From Candidatus Dadabacteria bacterium (GTDB taxonomy: Bacteria; Desulfobacterota_D; UBA1144; Nemesobacterales; CSP1-2): a DNA stretch of 64,000 nt. Shown piece by piece: positions 48,690-59,113 of this stretch (its first letter is position 1; each line of letters opens with the position of its first letter). The position numbers and the translations under genes are program-made. A model generated the notes under the pieces. That model saw only the letters and a program-made list of their open reading frames with translations, made no database searches and was not told the DNA's origin. The DNA is taken from positions 30,405 through 94,404 of the forward strand of contig PSLL01000006.1 of assembly GCA_040289575.1 (NCBI GenBank). The letters run 5' to 3'.

Positions 48690-49562
48690 TCATGAATCTC
48701 TATGTCGAATCTCTAAATTCGGCATCCCCCAGCACTCATACCCCATATCATGAGCCATCATACCTAAACCCTCTGTTTCTATCTCTCCAATATAAATTCC
48801 TTTCAAAATATGTAGGATCTCTCTTCGTGCTTCTAGTATATTTCCTTTTCTTATTCCTCTTAGAGCACTTAGTACCGCTCTCCTTATTATGGCTCTTTTT
48901 GGTTCAAGGTAATGGTTTCCCCTTATAAGTGGATTTTTTCTACCATACAAGAACGGAGGGAAAATCAACCCGTCTCTATGAATATCCGCTTTTATTAAAA
49001 GCATGGTCCCACCCACAGCATGTAATTTTACTAGATCACTCTCATTTCTTAGGTCATGCATGTGTAATTTCCCTTTATCCCTCCAGGCATTCAGATCGAA
49101 GCTCATACAGCCGTATTGCGTTAAGCAATACGGCTGTATGATGTCTTTTCCGGTTGCTAAAAGTTTTTCTATAATATCAGGAGGATACTCAATGACATCA
49201 ACATCTATCCACAGGACCCAATCCTCATCATCAAGTGCATGAAAAAGGAGATGGTTTCGACTCCTTGCAAGTATAGTTCTTCTCTCTATTTGGATGTGTC
49301 CGGCCCATCGGGGTGTGCCCGGCGGTATATGAAACCCAAAATCCCTTTTCCACAGCCTAGCAGACCGGAACTCTTTTCTTAGCCCCGAAAGTGATTTTTC
49401 CAATTCAAGATAGGTGTTGTCTACGCTATCGCCTTCCAAGAATCCGAGGGAGATCAAGTTATGTGGGTAGGTTAATTTATAGAGGGACTGAAAATAGGTT
49501 TCTAAAAACGCTTCGGCATCTTTAACCGGAGTTAATATAAGAACCTTGTCCCTATATTCCAT
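48690..49562 (-). CDS. Anp1/Mnn9/Van1-like (GT62-like) glycosyltransferase
   Basis: VLILTPVKD, LTYPHNLISLGFL, RR..LARSRNHLL, WVLWIDVDV, FDLNAW, VGGTMLLIKADIHRDGLIFP, IETEGLGMMA..MGYECWGMPNLEIRH. ATG 49562 follows GAGGAGG. Confidence 0.8.
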   Translation of the reverse strand: MEYRDKVLILTPVKDAEAFLETYFQSLYKLTYPHNLISLGFLEGDSVDNTYLELEKSLSGLRKEFRSARLWKRDFGFHIPPGTPRWAGHIQIERRTILARSRNHLLFHALDDEDWVLWIDVDVIEYPPDIIEKLLATGKDIIQPYCLTQYGCMSFDLNAWRDKGKLHMHDLRNESDLVKLHAVGGTMLLIKADIHRDGLIFPPFLYGRKNPLIRGNHYLEPKRAIIRRAVLSALRGIRKGNILEARREILHILKGIYIGEIETEGLGMMAHDMGYECWGMPNLEIRHRDS

Positions 49563-49600
49563 AGCCACCCACCCTCCTCTATTTTCATGATAGGAAGTAA

Positions 49601-51130
49601 TCAACCGGAATTGATATAACTAGCTCTTTCATAAATATCAGTATTATATTGTGTAGTCTCATATCGATACCATTGATTGAGTATTGTTTCAAGCTTCCGG
49701 TAGAATCTGCTTTACCACATTCGACCAAGCTCGATCAATTAATATAAGTTTGGGTACTTTCTTGGTTAGATCATTCATTATTTCCTGTTTGGTGCTCTTC
49801 CTTGCAATAAAGGTCAAATTAAAATATCGGCTTGCTGATCTCCTCTGGGAATAAGCCTGGACTGGATTTGTTTGTATGATCTCCTAATATGTATATGTAA
49901 TCGTTGTTTTTAGTGTGTTCCTTTATCCATAGACCTAGCTGTTTATATCGCCCATATTCATCGTCGACACCTTTAATATTTATACTATAAAACCTGTAAA
50001 GGGTTTGGTATGGTGCCCACAATATTGCTATTATGACTATAGTCTGGACGATGTATCTTCGCCTCTCTGTTTCTCCAATTAAGTTAGCTTGAAATAACAC
50101 ATTGATTGCTATTCCAGAGGCGAGCGCTATCGACGGTAGAATTTGTTTGAATTGATGTCCCAAATAATATCCAGATGCATTTACACCTAGAAAATCCAAG
50201 CCGATCCAGAAAACAATGCCTCCAAATGGTATCTTATTATCTATTATCCTTTTTTCTGGACAATAAATAGTAAGATCAATGGATAGAATAAAACTATTTT
50301 AGAATGTCCCCAAGCATCAATAAACTTCCCAATCCTTATTTTATAATCGGCACTGCCCCCTTCCTTCTGCATTAAAATTAACCATGCATCCTTGAAGTAA
50401 TCAATCATAGTAACGCCACTTGCCAAAAGAGGAATTAAACTGAGACACATAGGAAACACAACAGCTGCGAATAAGAGAAATGAATCTCTAAAAGTACTTT
50501 TATAGGTTAAGGAACGTTTATCACCTAAGCCTAATAAAAATGCAAATAGTGCAATAGCACTAAGTATTGCAGTTTGCTTAAAAGCAATTGCGATTCCCAT
50601 AAAGAATCCAGCAATTAAGGTGTCTCTAATATATAATAAAAGGCTTCTTGCTTCCTGGGCCTTTAAAAGAAATAAGAAAGCGAGAGTTGAAAATAAAACC
50701 ATGAATGATTCAGTCTGTGCGGTATATGCTCCATCCATCAGCCTTCAAATCATGCTGAAGCCAAAGAGAATCATAGTGAGGACACCAACTAAATGATTGC
50801 ATAATTTTCGTCCAATTATATAAAGTAAAATTGAAGTCGTAACAATAGATAAGCTAGCCAGAATTCTCGGAAACCAAATATTTAGATCGAATAGAAGATT
50901 GGAAATGACAAATACTATATAGATGCCCGGAGTCTTATTCTCAATGGCTCCGATGTATAGAGGAATCCCATACTTAATCCATAGAAAAGCAATATAATTC
51001 CACATCCCCTCGTCATTGCCCATGTATTCACTGAAAGATGCAATTAGAAGCAGGGAAAAATAATTATTGCTACTATAATAGGACTGGTCACAACCCTATA
51101 AAGACTATTATATAAACCCATCTTATTCAT
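49601..51130 (-). pseudogene. GT-C (GT39/PMT-like) membrane glycosyltransferase with multiple lesions
   Basis: NDEG.W.Y, ENKTPG, AQTESF, FKQ and YLGHQF motifs are spread over fragments. Lesions: T-run shift ~51058, in-frame TGA 50745-50747, A-run shift ~50252, ACAA duplication ~49870 and a further shift ~49700. Confidence 0.8.
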
Positions 51131-51309
51131 ACTTTTCGGTCTCAAAAAATAATCTCTTGTCAAGACCAATTCTTTCTCCAAATGACTATTTACATGGAAA
51201 GAAAGCATTATTCACCTCTATCTATAGCCGTATCCGTTCCCTGAATAGCCACCTAAGGTTCTATGTATGTAATCACAACTAGATGAGAATAGGCTAAATT
51301 ATAAAGTAA

Positions 51310-52113
51310 CTACTCGTAATCCTTAGACAGATAGTGCGAAACCACTTTGCGGGTTTCGTCATTGATCACAATCCTTCCTTTACTTAAAAGAATCGCTCTA
51401 TCACAGAGGTTCTCAATTGCTTTCATATCATGGCTTACAAAAAGCACCGTTCGTCCTTCAGATGCTACGTCCTTCATCTTATTGAGGCACTTCTCCTTAA
51501 ATGCCCCGTCTCCTACCGCTAAGACCTCATCCAACAGCATAATCTCTGGCTCCAGGTGTGTGGCAATGGCAAAAGCAAGGCGCACATTCATACCGCTTGA
51601 GTAGTGCTTAATTGGCGTATCTAAAAAATCCTCTACTTCTGAGAATGCCACAATTGCATCGAATTTGCGGTTGACCTCTGCCCTTCTCATCCCCAAGATT
51701 GTGCCACCGAGGTATATATTCTCCCTTCCTGTCAGTTCGGGATGGAAGCCGGTACCAACCTCAAGCATCGAACCCATCTTACCATAGATTTCAGCATAGC
51801 CCTCCGTTGGCTTTGTAATCCGAGAAAGAATCTTAAGAAGAACCGATTTACCGGCGCCGTTAGAGCCGATTATGCCCACCACCTCGCCACATTTAACCTC
51901 AAAGGAAACATTCCTTAATGCCCAAACGTATTTGTCATCTTCTGATCGCCGTCTGCTGTGATTATTCGTTCCATAACGAATGGCAGAGGAAAAACGACGA
52001 AATGGTGCGCGCATGACGTCCTCTAAGAATTCGCGCATGGCGTTGGTCGCTCTCGGCCGATCTATAAGAAAGCGCTTGCTAATACCTATAGCCCGAATTG
52101 CGAGGTTACTCAT
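51310..52113 (-). CDS. wzt: Polysaccharide ABC exporter ATP-binding subunit, without a C-terminal carbohydrate-binding domain
   Basis: WALRNVSF, GSNGAGKS, LEVGTGFHPELTGREN, YSSGMNVRLAFA, LDEVLAVGD, VSHD. Confidence 0.93.
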   Translation of the reverse strand: MSNLAIRAIGISKRFLIDRPRATNAMREFLEDVMRAPFRRFSSAIRYGTNNHSRRRSEDDKYVWALRNVSFEVKCGEVVGIIGSNGAGKSVLLKILSRITKPTEGYAEIYGKMGSMLEVGTGFHPELTGRENIYLGGTILGMRRAEVNRKFDAIVAFSEVEDFLDTPIKHYSSGMNVRLAFAIATHLEPEIMLLDEVLAVGDGAFKEKCLNKMKDVASEGRTVLFVSHDMKAIENLCDRAILLSKGRIVINDETRKVVSHYLSKDYE

Positions 52114-52116
52114 CTC

Positions 52117-52974
52117 TTACACCACATCGGCAAAGGCATCTTCTTTATATCTGAAGAAGTATAATCCCCCTACAAGTAGTGCGATTACCACTATAATTGA
52201 AAAAGTAAGTAGCATAGTTGGAGGATGTGTCTTTCCTAAAAGCGCCCATCTGAAACCCTCGACTACACCAGCCATTGGATTAAGGCCGTAAATCGCCCGC
52301 CATCGTTCCGGCACCAGGCTACTCGGATAGGCAATAGGGGTTGCAAAGAGCCATATTTGAGTCAGAAATGGCAGAGTAAATCCCACATCCCGATACCTGA
52401 CATTCAAAGCAGCCAACCACAACCCAATCCCCAAAGCCGTTGCTACTGCTAGTATGATAAAAAGAGGCAGCGCCCACAAAGCCATTGTTGGAACAATCCC
52501 ATAAAACAACATCATTCCAATCAGCATGACAAACGTTATTGCGAAATCCAAAAACCCAGTTATCACAGTAGTCATTGGAATTATAAGCCTTGGGAAATAA
52601 ACCCTAGTAATCACAGCCCTATTATTTACCACGCTGTTGCTTGACTGGGTCAATACATTGACGAAATATGTCCATGGCACAAGCGCACTGTATGCAAATA
52701 TAGGGTAAGAAATCCCTTCGGAAGGCACCCTTGCCAGTTTGCCAAAGAATACGCTTAACACCACCATGGCGATAAAAGGCTGGATGACAGCCCATGATGC
52801 ACCAACTATAGTCTGTTTGTATCGCACCTTAATATCACGCCACGCAAATAAGTAGAGCAAATCCCGGTACTCCCATAACTCACGGAGGTTGAGCAAAATC
52901 CCCCTACTCGTAGGTCGAATTATAGTCGTTGGGCAATCAGATGAATCTACACCTATGAATTTGATCCCTTTCAT
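52117..52974 (-). CDS. wzm: Polysaccharide ABC exporter permease
   Basis: ELWEYRDLL..WRDIKVRYKQT..G..WAVIQP, VYFPRL, YRDV, TPIAYP, LNPM, FADVV. ATG 52974 follows AAAGGA and avoids overlap with the upstream GT. Confidence 0.93.
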   Translation of the reverse strand: MKGIKFIGVDSSDCPTTIIRPTSRGILLNLRELWEYRDLLYLFAWRDIKVRYKQTIVGASWAVIQPFIAMVVLSVFFGKLARVPSEGISYPIFAYSALVPWTYFVNVLTQSSNSVVNNRAVITRVYFPRLIIPMTTVITGFLDFAITFVMLIGMMLFYGIVPTMALWALPLFIILAVATALGIGLWLAALNVRYRDVGFTLPFLTQIWLFATPIAYPSSLVPERWRAIYGLNPMAGVVEGFRWALLGKTHPPTMLLTFSIIVVIALLVGGLYFFRYKEDAFADVV

Positions 52975-52982
52975 TGTTCCTT

Positions 52983-53666
52983 TCACAGTTGCCATTGCAC
53001 AAATAGGGATTTCAGCCAACGCTTTATTCGGATCCGGTTTGCCATTTGCAAGCCGAGTGCATGACGGAGCGGTTCTGACAGATCCAACAATAATTGATAC
53101 CTCCATGACCTTCGGCTTTTATAAAAATATATAAACTCATCAATAAAATGCTCTCTCTGTAAAGCCCCGTCCCAACAGATTCTCATAGCCCAGTCAATAT
53201 CCTCAGAATAGCTTATATCCTCAAATTTATAACGGAGTGCAATTTCGCGTTTCATCGGGTTAAGATGATACGGCGGTCTGAAGTATACCCCTCCCCTTGA
53301 GAAATACTCTCTGTATCGTAGTGAATGTATGAAAATGCGCGGTTTTTTTCCACCAAAGGTAATTATGCCCTTGATCCCGATACAATCAATATCCAGATTC
53401 TCTCTTATCACACTACAAATGAGAGGAATGTAATTGTTGCTAACATCATCGTCGTCATCAATGAAAGCGACGAATCTCCCCCTTGCCCTCTCTATAAGCC
53501 TATTTCTCTTGAATCCAAGTGAGTATTCCCTGTTGTCTAAGAGATACAAAATCTCTACTTCATCGGCAAGGGAATTACCGGTTATTTGATTACTCAGTTT
53601 TTCATATAGTCTATGAAATTGTTCCTTTCTGCTATCGAGAGTCGGTATGAGAATACTGAATAGCAT
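52983..53666 (-). CDS. Glycosyltransferase family 2 (short)
   Basis: SILIPTL, GFKRNRLIERARG, FIDDDD, SEDIDW. Confidence 0.85.
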   Translation of the reverse strand: MLFSILIPTLDSRKEQFHRLYEKLSNQITGNSLADEVEILYLLDNREYSLGFKRNRLIERARGRFVAFIDDDDDVSNNYIPLICSVIRENLDIDCIGIKGIITFGGKKPRIFIHSLRYREYFSRGGVYFRPPYHLNPMKREIALRYKFEDISYSEDIDWAMRICWDGALQREHFIDEFIYFYKSRRSWRYQLLLDLSEPLRHALGLQMANRIRIKRWLKSLFVQWQL

Positions 53667-53676
53667 TTATAAAGTC

Positions 53677-54545
53677 TCAGTTATGATTATCTTTATTTGC
53701 ACTTACTGGTATTTCCAGCCAGTGTGAAAGGTCGCGCCTCAGGATGTCCTGAGTCTGTAATATATCCTCCCGGTAATATTCAATCAGCCACTCACGCACC
53801 TCAGTCTGAAGCTCCGGTTTTCTTAGATTGCTTTGCCTAAGTCCCCCTAGAATCACGTCCCAGACCTTTAGTCGAAGTTTTAGTCGAGTCTTCTCAGATA
53901 AGAACGGTCTCAATATATCCGAGATAAAATTCGGCTGAGTTAGAAAGGTGTTAAGCTTCACATTTATTGGATAACCGGAGACATTATGTCTGGCTGGGGC
54001 CTTGATCACAAGTTTCCCATCCAAATCAAGGAATTGAACTATACTCTTGATTAATTCCCTTGGATTCCGCTGCAAATCCTCAAAGAGGAAAACCCCAATC
54101 TGCTCATGGCAAAAAAGAGACAAATATCGCGCAATCTGTTCAGCGTAAAGCCCCATTCTTCGATAAAACCAGAACGGAGACCAACCATTACGCATCCTTT
54201 CTTCCTCCGCATTGATCGCTTCTCTAAAATCATCGAGATTTTCATACTCCAAAAGTCTGTGATGGAGAAAGTGAGAGTATGCCCTGTCTATTGGATTGCG
54301 CAGGATAGCTATGATTTTGACATCCGGTATATAGTGCTTAATTCGATAAGGGGCTTTTGGGCTATAAAGGTAAAGAGGAGAAGCTTCTCCAATAGCCTTC
54401 TCATCCCGAACCCCGGAAAAGAGAGAACAATAGGTTTTAATGTCTCGTATCCCTTGGTTATCTTTAGGTCCCCGAAACGGTTCGCTTTCCCCTTCGACCG
54501 CAAAGAATAGTGGCTCCTTTATAGAACTCATGAAAATCTGCGGGT
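53677..54545 (-). pseudogene. Sulfotransferase lacking its N-terminal 5'-PAPS-binding loop
   Basis: (H)PQIFMSSIKEPLFF, GEASPLY, ILRNPIDRAYS, GLYAEQI, DLSHW. The IGxxKxGTT motif is absent because the upstream sequence belongs to the GT4. Confidence 0.85.
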
Positions 54546-55286
54546 TCCGATTACGTGTAAATGAATATCCTCACCATGCAACCTCACTTCCGACAATATA
54601 TCTATTATATTTTCTAATCTCTTCTCACCAGAAATCCTCCCAATGCATACAAAACCATTCTCTCTCTCCTGCCAGGGCACATCTGGGAAGAGACCGGGAA
54701 CTGGAGGATATACAGTTGTCGTCTCAATTCCATAAGATTCTCTGCACTTGATTCCGGTCCAGTCCGAATTTACCAGGGTGAGGTTCTCTTTCATTCTTTC
54801 AAACGAATAACCCGAAATCGCCATCCATGGCCGGTACTGACCACGCACTATACCCCATAGGCATTGATACCAAGGAAGATCAACGAACTGCTGGCATATA
54901 GGCTCGAATCGAGGAAACCAGGGGTAGTGAACATATTGGATTCCCCTGCAGCCGAGGTCAGCCTCCCCGTTGGCGGTGATAATAACATCGTAATCGCCAT
55001 TCATCTTCTTGCACAGGCGCATGAGAAAGGCAAACTTTTGTGCGCTGTGGGGGTCGGGGTCAAGCTCTATTAAACCGCGTATGAGCCGGGGAGTATAATA
55101 GACCTTGAAATCAGATGAGCTGAGAGATGTTCCAAAGAACCGGTTGATCGCGGCAACACTAACGGGTGCCCAAGTCAGAACAGAAACCGAGTTTTCTCGT
55201 TTCAGAGCTTCAATCATCCATACTGCCACAGCATTTCCACCGCCCAGTGGCTCAAGGCTGGGCTGCACAAGTAAGACCTTTTTCAT
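54528..55286 (-). pseudogene. Glycosyltransferase family 4, C-terminally truncated (paralogue of 56328-57509)
   Basis: Collinear with the 393-aa paralogue up to HLHVIGT, then runs out of frame into sulfotransferase sequence. Confidence 0.85.
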
Positions 55287-55307
55287 CGAGGACGTCTATG
55301 AAATCGG

Positions 55308-56324
55308 CTACAGACTTATGCCAGGCAATTTTAAATTCTCACATTCCGCTTCAACTGTTGGAGCAGATATACTGCCATCTCCTGCGGAACGCAGCATATT
55401 CAAACTATCCTGTAAATTGTACTCCCACTTATCCAATAGATGATTCATGATTTTTGGGTTGTCGGCTAACTCTCTGATGGAGCGTCTTGGCACACCGCCC
55501 GTAGGAGATATACCCAGCGGAAGGTCCTGCCATATTACTCCATCAAAATAAGCCTGCATATTTCGCCAAAATAATTCATGGGATTGACTTGCTAGAGCCA
55601 TGTCAAAGACATTTTTAGCATACATATACTCCTTATTCCACATATATGACAGGTTATTTCTCCTATATAAATCCGCCCTTGACTCCAGCTTCTTAAGGTA
55701 GTTCACAGGAAAAATCGCCCGATACCTGTAGAACGGCTGGGGTAAGTAGTAGGTGTGCTCTCCCTTCGCGTACAGCAAATAATCCCTTAGTTTACGGGAG
55801 CGAAACACAAAACGCTTGAGGTCGTAACCGACATCATAGGCATCGCCTTTTGAGATTATATATTCCTTGTTTTTAAATAGCCTCCTCCTAAAATCCACAA
55901 TCCAGAGTAGTCTACTCCCCATTATGTTATAGAACGGCAATCTGAACATCTCCACGTCTGGGTAAAGAACGGGTAGGTTTCTGATCTCTTCTAGGGAGGA
56001 TTCATGTATTATCTCGTTTGCCTGAACATAAAGACAGTAACTGCCAGTACATCTCTGTTTTAAAAGATTGGTCATCGTCGCAAGGATTTCACCCCTCTCC
56101 GTTTTGCCCCTCCATTCGTCTCTGAAGAGTCTGACCTTGCCGGGGAACCTTCTCTCTAAAATTTGCAAGGCTTTCCATGTCTTATCCGATGAATAGCCTT
56201 CGGATATAAGGAACTCGTCACAAATAGGCAGAGCGGCTGTTATAGCCTCTATAAACGGGTATCCCTGCGATACGACGTTTTTCAATATCATAAAGCCCGA
56301 TATGGTCACTTTTTCTACAGGCAT
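55308..56324 (-). CDS. Glycosyltransferase, GT2-like (GT-A fold)
   Basis: ISGFMILKN...YPFIEAI...CDEFLISEGYSSDKT and CLYVQANE (degenerate DxD region). Confidence 0.7.
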   Translation of the reverse strand: MPVEKVTISGFMILKNVVSQGYPFIEAITAALPICDEFLISEGYSSDKTWKALQILERRFPGKVRLFRDEWRGKTERGEILATMTNLLKQRCTGSYCLYVQANEIIHESSLEEIRNLPVLYPDVEMFRLPFYNIMGSRLLWIVDFRRRLFKNKEYIISKGDAYDVGYDLKRFVFRSRKLRDYLLYAKGEHTYYLPQPFYRYRAIFPVNYLKKLESRADLYRRNNLSYMWNKEYMYAKNVFDMALASQSHELFWRNMQAYFDGVIWQDLPLGISPTGGVPRRSIRELADNPKIMNHLLDKWEYNLQDSLNMLRSAGDGSISAPTVEAECENLKLPGISL

Positions 56325-56327
56325 GGT

Positions 56328-57509
56328 TTACACCCATCGAGTCTTCTGGAATTGTCTTACGATTTCCTGAATATCACTCATAAATTTCTCTGTCGAGAAC
56401 AGCTCTTTTCTTGATCTCAAGTAGTCAATCAATGACATTTGCTCATCTGGATTCTCTATCACGCGTACAATCTTCTCGTTTGCTTCCTCTTCAGTCCTAT
56501 AAACCAGACGTTCATCCCCTCCTACAATCTCCAACTGCCCGCCGCTGTTATGAACAAAGGCTATACAACCCGCTTTGATCATCTCTCCCACCGCAATCCC
56601 GAAATGTTCCTCTATGTTTGCGTGAATTCCGTACCTGTGCCTGGAAATCAGATTTATAAGCTTCTCTCTCGATAAGTTTTCGTGTAAGAGAACCCAAGGA
56701 GAATTTTCTCTTACAACTCTTATAAGTCTTGAATAATATTCGCTTTCACCTATGAATGGGCTAGGGGTTCCTATGATATGTAAATGGAGATCGGGGATTC
56801 TCGCCCTGACCTTTGCAAGAATCTCTATTATCGTCTCAAATCTCTTCCCAGGGCAGAATCTCCCAATACAGACAAACCCGTTTTCCCTCTCATTCCAGGG
56901 AACATCAGGAAATTTGTCAGGAATCGGGGGATAAACTGTTGTAGCATCAATCCCGTAACGTTCCTTAACTTTATTTCCCGTCCAATCCGAGTTAACGAGG
57001 GTAAGATTATCTTTCATCCGATTGTATGAAAAACCTGAAATCAGCATCCAGGGCCTATAACTGCCTTTCAATGCTTCCCAAAACTTTCGATGATGAGGCA
57101 AATCAATATCGGGTTGAATCTTTCCGTATAAATAAGGATAGTGAAAATACTGTATTCCCCGACATCCGAAGTCTATTTCATTCTCGGTGGAGATTACTAC
57201 ATCATATTTGCCATTCAACCTCTTGCATAAGCGCATCAGGTAGCTCTGCCTCTGAATACTTGCGGGATCGGGGTCTAGGTTTATAATGCCACGCAAAACG
57301 GGGTTAATATGATGCACAGTAAGCTCTGAACTCTTAAGTGAAGTGCCGTAGAAGCGGTTTATCTCCTCGAAATTAGGAGATTTCCAGGTTAGTAATGAGA
57401 CTGAATACTCCTTCTTCAACGCCTCAATCATCCAGGCCGCAACCGTGTTTGCGCCCCCAGGGGGTTCAAGAGTGGTTTGAACAAATAAGACTTTTTTCAT
57501 AGATGACAT
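56328..57509 (-). CDS. Glycosyltransferase family 4 (Alg11-like motifs)
   Basis: GGANTV, YFHYP, LVNSDWT, VYPP, IGRFCPGKR, EEHFGIAVGEMIKAG..VHNSGG. Confidence 0.88.
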   Translation of the reverse strand: MSSMKKVLFVQTTLEPPGGANTVAAWMIEALKKEYSVSLLTWKSPNFEEINRFYGTSLKSSELTVHHINPVLRGIINLDPDPASIQRQSYLMRLCKRLNGKYDVVISTENEIDFGCRGIQYFHYPYLYGKIQPDIDLPHHRKFWEALKGSYRPWMLISGFSYNRMKDNLTLVNSDWTGNKVKERYGIDATTVYPPIPDKFPDVPWNERENGFVCIGRFCPGKRFETIIEILAKVRARIPDLHLHIIGTPSPFIGESEYYSRLIRVVRENSPWVLLHENLSREKLINLISRHRYGIHANIEEHFGIAVGEMIKAGCIAFVHNSGGQLEIVGGDERLVYRTEEEANEKIVRVIENPDEQMSLIDYLRSRKELFSTEKFMSDIQEIVRQFQKTRWV

Positions 57510-57532
57510 TCAATAATTCTACAAACTATTAG

Positions 57533-58561
57533 CTACATGACACGTTCATTCTTTCTCTCCCAGTTAATGTACTTAAACTTGTTAAAATACGTGTTGAATA
57601 CATCGGCAAAATCGCCATGTAATATTCTGTCAGCCACATACTTAAACTGATGGATCAATCTTTTTGAACGATATGCAGGTATCAAAATATCCGTCTTTTC
57701 TTTATTGTCGGATGCGAATAATTTTATCTTTTCAACTATATAAGGGAAAAGCTGATAACGGTACAATACGAGATTTCTGGCCTCCTCTAAAGCCGAAATA
57801 CGCTTTTCCTAGTCATCCCGATCTATAATCTCCCTTATCTTTTTCAAACTAGCCTCTGGTTGATCTACATCAATTCGTATAAAAGACTCTTTGGGAAAAT
57901 ACTCCTCTAGATTCGTACAACCATAGTATATGGGAACCGTCCGGGTAAGAAAGCAATCCGCTACTTTTTCTGTCCAGTAATCAGGACCGCTACTGTTCTC
58001 AACCGCAAGCGAGTATTTATACGGAGCCAGTCCGTCCCACTTGTCCTTGACACATCTGATTCCTCTTCCGAATACGTCTATATTGAACCTGGCATTTTGC
58101 CTGAGGAAATCCAAGAGTGCCATCTTTTTCCTATGCCCCGGAAGAAACGTCAGTTTGCTTGTAACCCAAGATATAGCCCTTACTTTATCGGGAATTCTCT
58201 TGTCAATGAGCTCGTCAAAGGTGCGGTTGATGTGCCATGGAATGGCGGGCTGAGAAGGGATATATTTCGGATCAGTGGAAGGTGGATAATGGGTAAATAC
58301 CTTAGAAAACGGTTCGTGTCCTTCTATCATCCAGTCATGAAGGTATATAATATAAGGCTCCTGCATTATTGCCCAGACACTCTCCCTGGGGCATTGCACC
58401 CTAGTAGCCGTTCGTTTTCGATTGTTTAACATTATCAGAAAATCACATTCTTCTACCGGATCAAGAGTAAACTGAACGCCACCCCACATTCCACTGCCAC
58501 CGGGGGTCTGTCGAAAAAGTCCCGCCCATTCCCAGTCTTTTACAATACGCACCAATGTCAC
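57533..58561 (-). pseudogene. GT10-like (fucosyltransferase-fold) glycosyltransferase with an in-frame TAG
   Basis: KWDGLAPYKYSLAVENS..DYWTEKVADCFL..VPIYYGC. It reads DRDD*(TAG 57809-57811)EKRISALEEARNLVLYRYQLFP, in frame with ORF 57533-57766. Confidence 0.82.
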
Positions 58562-58580
58562 GTTTATAATTTCCCCACCA

Positions 58581-59109
58581 TCATGTCCTTTTAAACACTA
58601 AATCCATAAAAATAACCTCTTGTGTATACGCATATGCCCGATCTTGAACCGGTCCTCTGTCGGTTTTACTCCGCAAAAGGTTTTTTTTGAAAGTATATAT
58701 ACTGCCCGTCGGACTCTGTTATAAAATCACCTCTAGAGACAGCCCTGCCGAGGAAGACGTCATCATTGAAATAGAGAAACCGTCTAGAGAGATTAGGGAT
58801 TCTATGAAGCTGAAGTTCAATAGCGTTTGAATTAAACGTCGGCAGATAGGATCTATCTAAAAAGATTTCATCATGGGTGATTATTAAGATGCGACTGTGT
58901 GAGGTATCCAACCAATAGGGGGTATCACCATTGGTGACTATATAAATATTGCCAACCCAGGGGGCAAAAGCTTCAAGCGATCGCAATGAGTATCTTAGCT
59001 CATCCCAGGTGTATACAACATCAATACTCTCCCCCTGGGGGTATAGTCCGTTGACAGGTAATATACACGAATTTACAACAGCCTCTGGTTTACCTTTCTC
59101 TTTTCTCAA
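58581..59109 (-). pseudogene. Stealth family sugar-phosphotransferase, internally deleted
   Basis: CR1 IDVVYTW is fused directly to CR2 DELRYSLRSL...LPTFNSNAIE..LHRIPNLS..FLYFNDDVF. An A-run frameshift follows at about 58685, and CR3/CR4 are not seen. Confidence 0.85.
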
Positions 59110-59113
59110 ATAC

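Noticed and set aside
52975..53106. N-terminal extension of Wzm overlapping the upstream GT2
   Set aside because: An ATG at 52974 with an SD-like AAAGGA gives a normal-length Wzm without the 124-nt overlap.
13521..57811. Genetic-code reassignment or pyrrolysine readthrough of TAG, suggested by four in-frame amber codons
   Set aside because: The expected residues differ (W, Q, E/Q). In-frame TGA and TAA also occur. TAG is the normal stop of intact genes such as efp, dedA, tolC and anmK. No pyl genes or suppressor tRNA are in the window.
43636..58690. Programmed phase variation at homopolymer tracts in the glycan genes
   Set aside because: Most shifted runs are short (3-6 nt; the Stealth A-run is about 8 nt), and several of these genes also carry nonsense codons or deletions. 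Decay or sequencing error explains them better than reversible switching.
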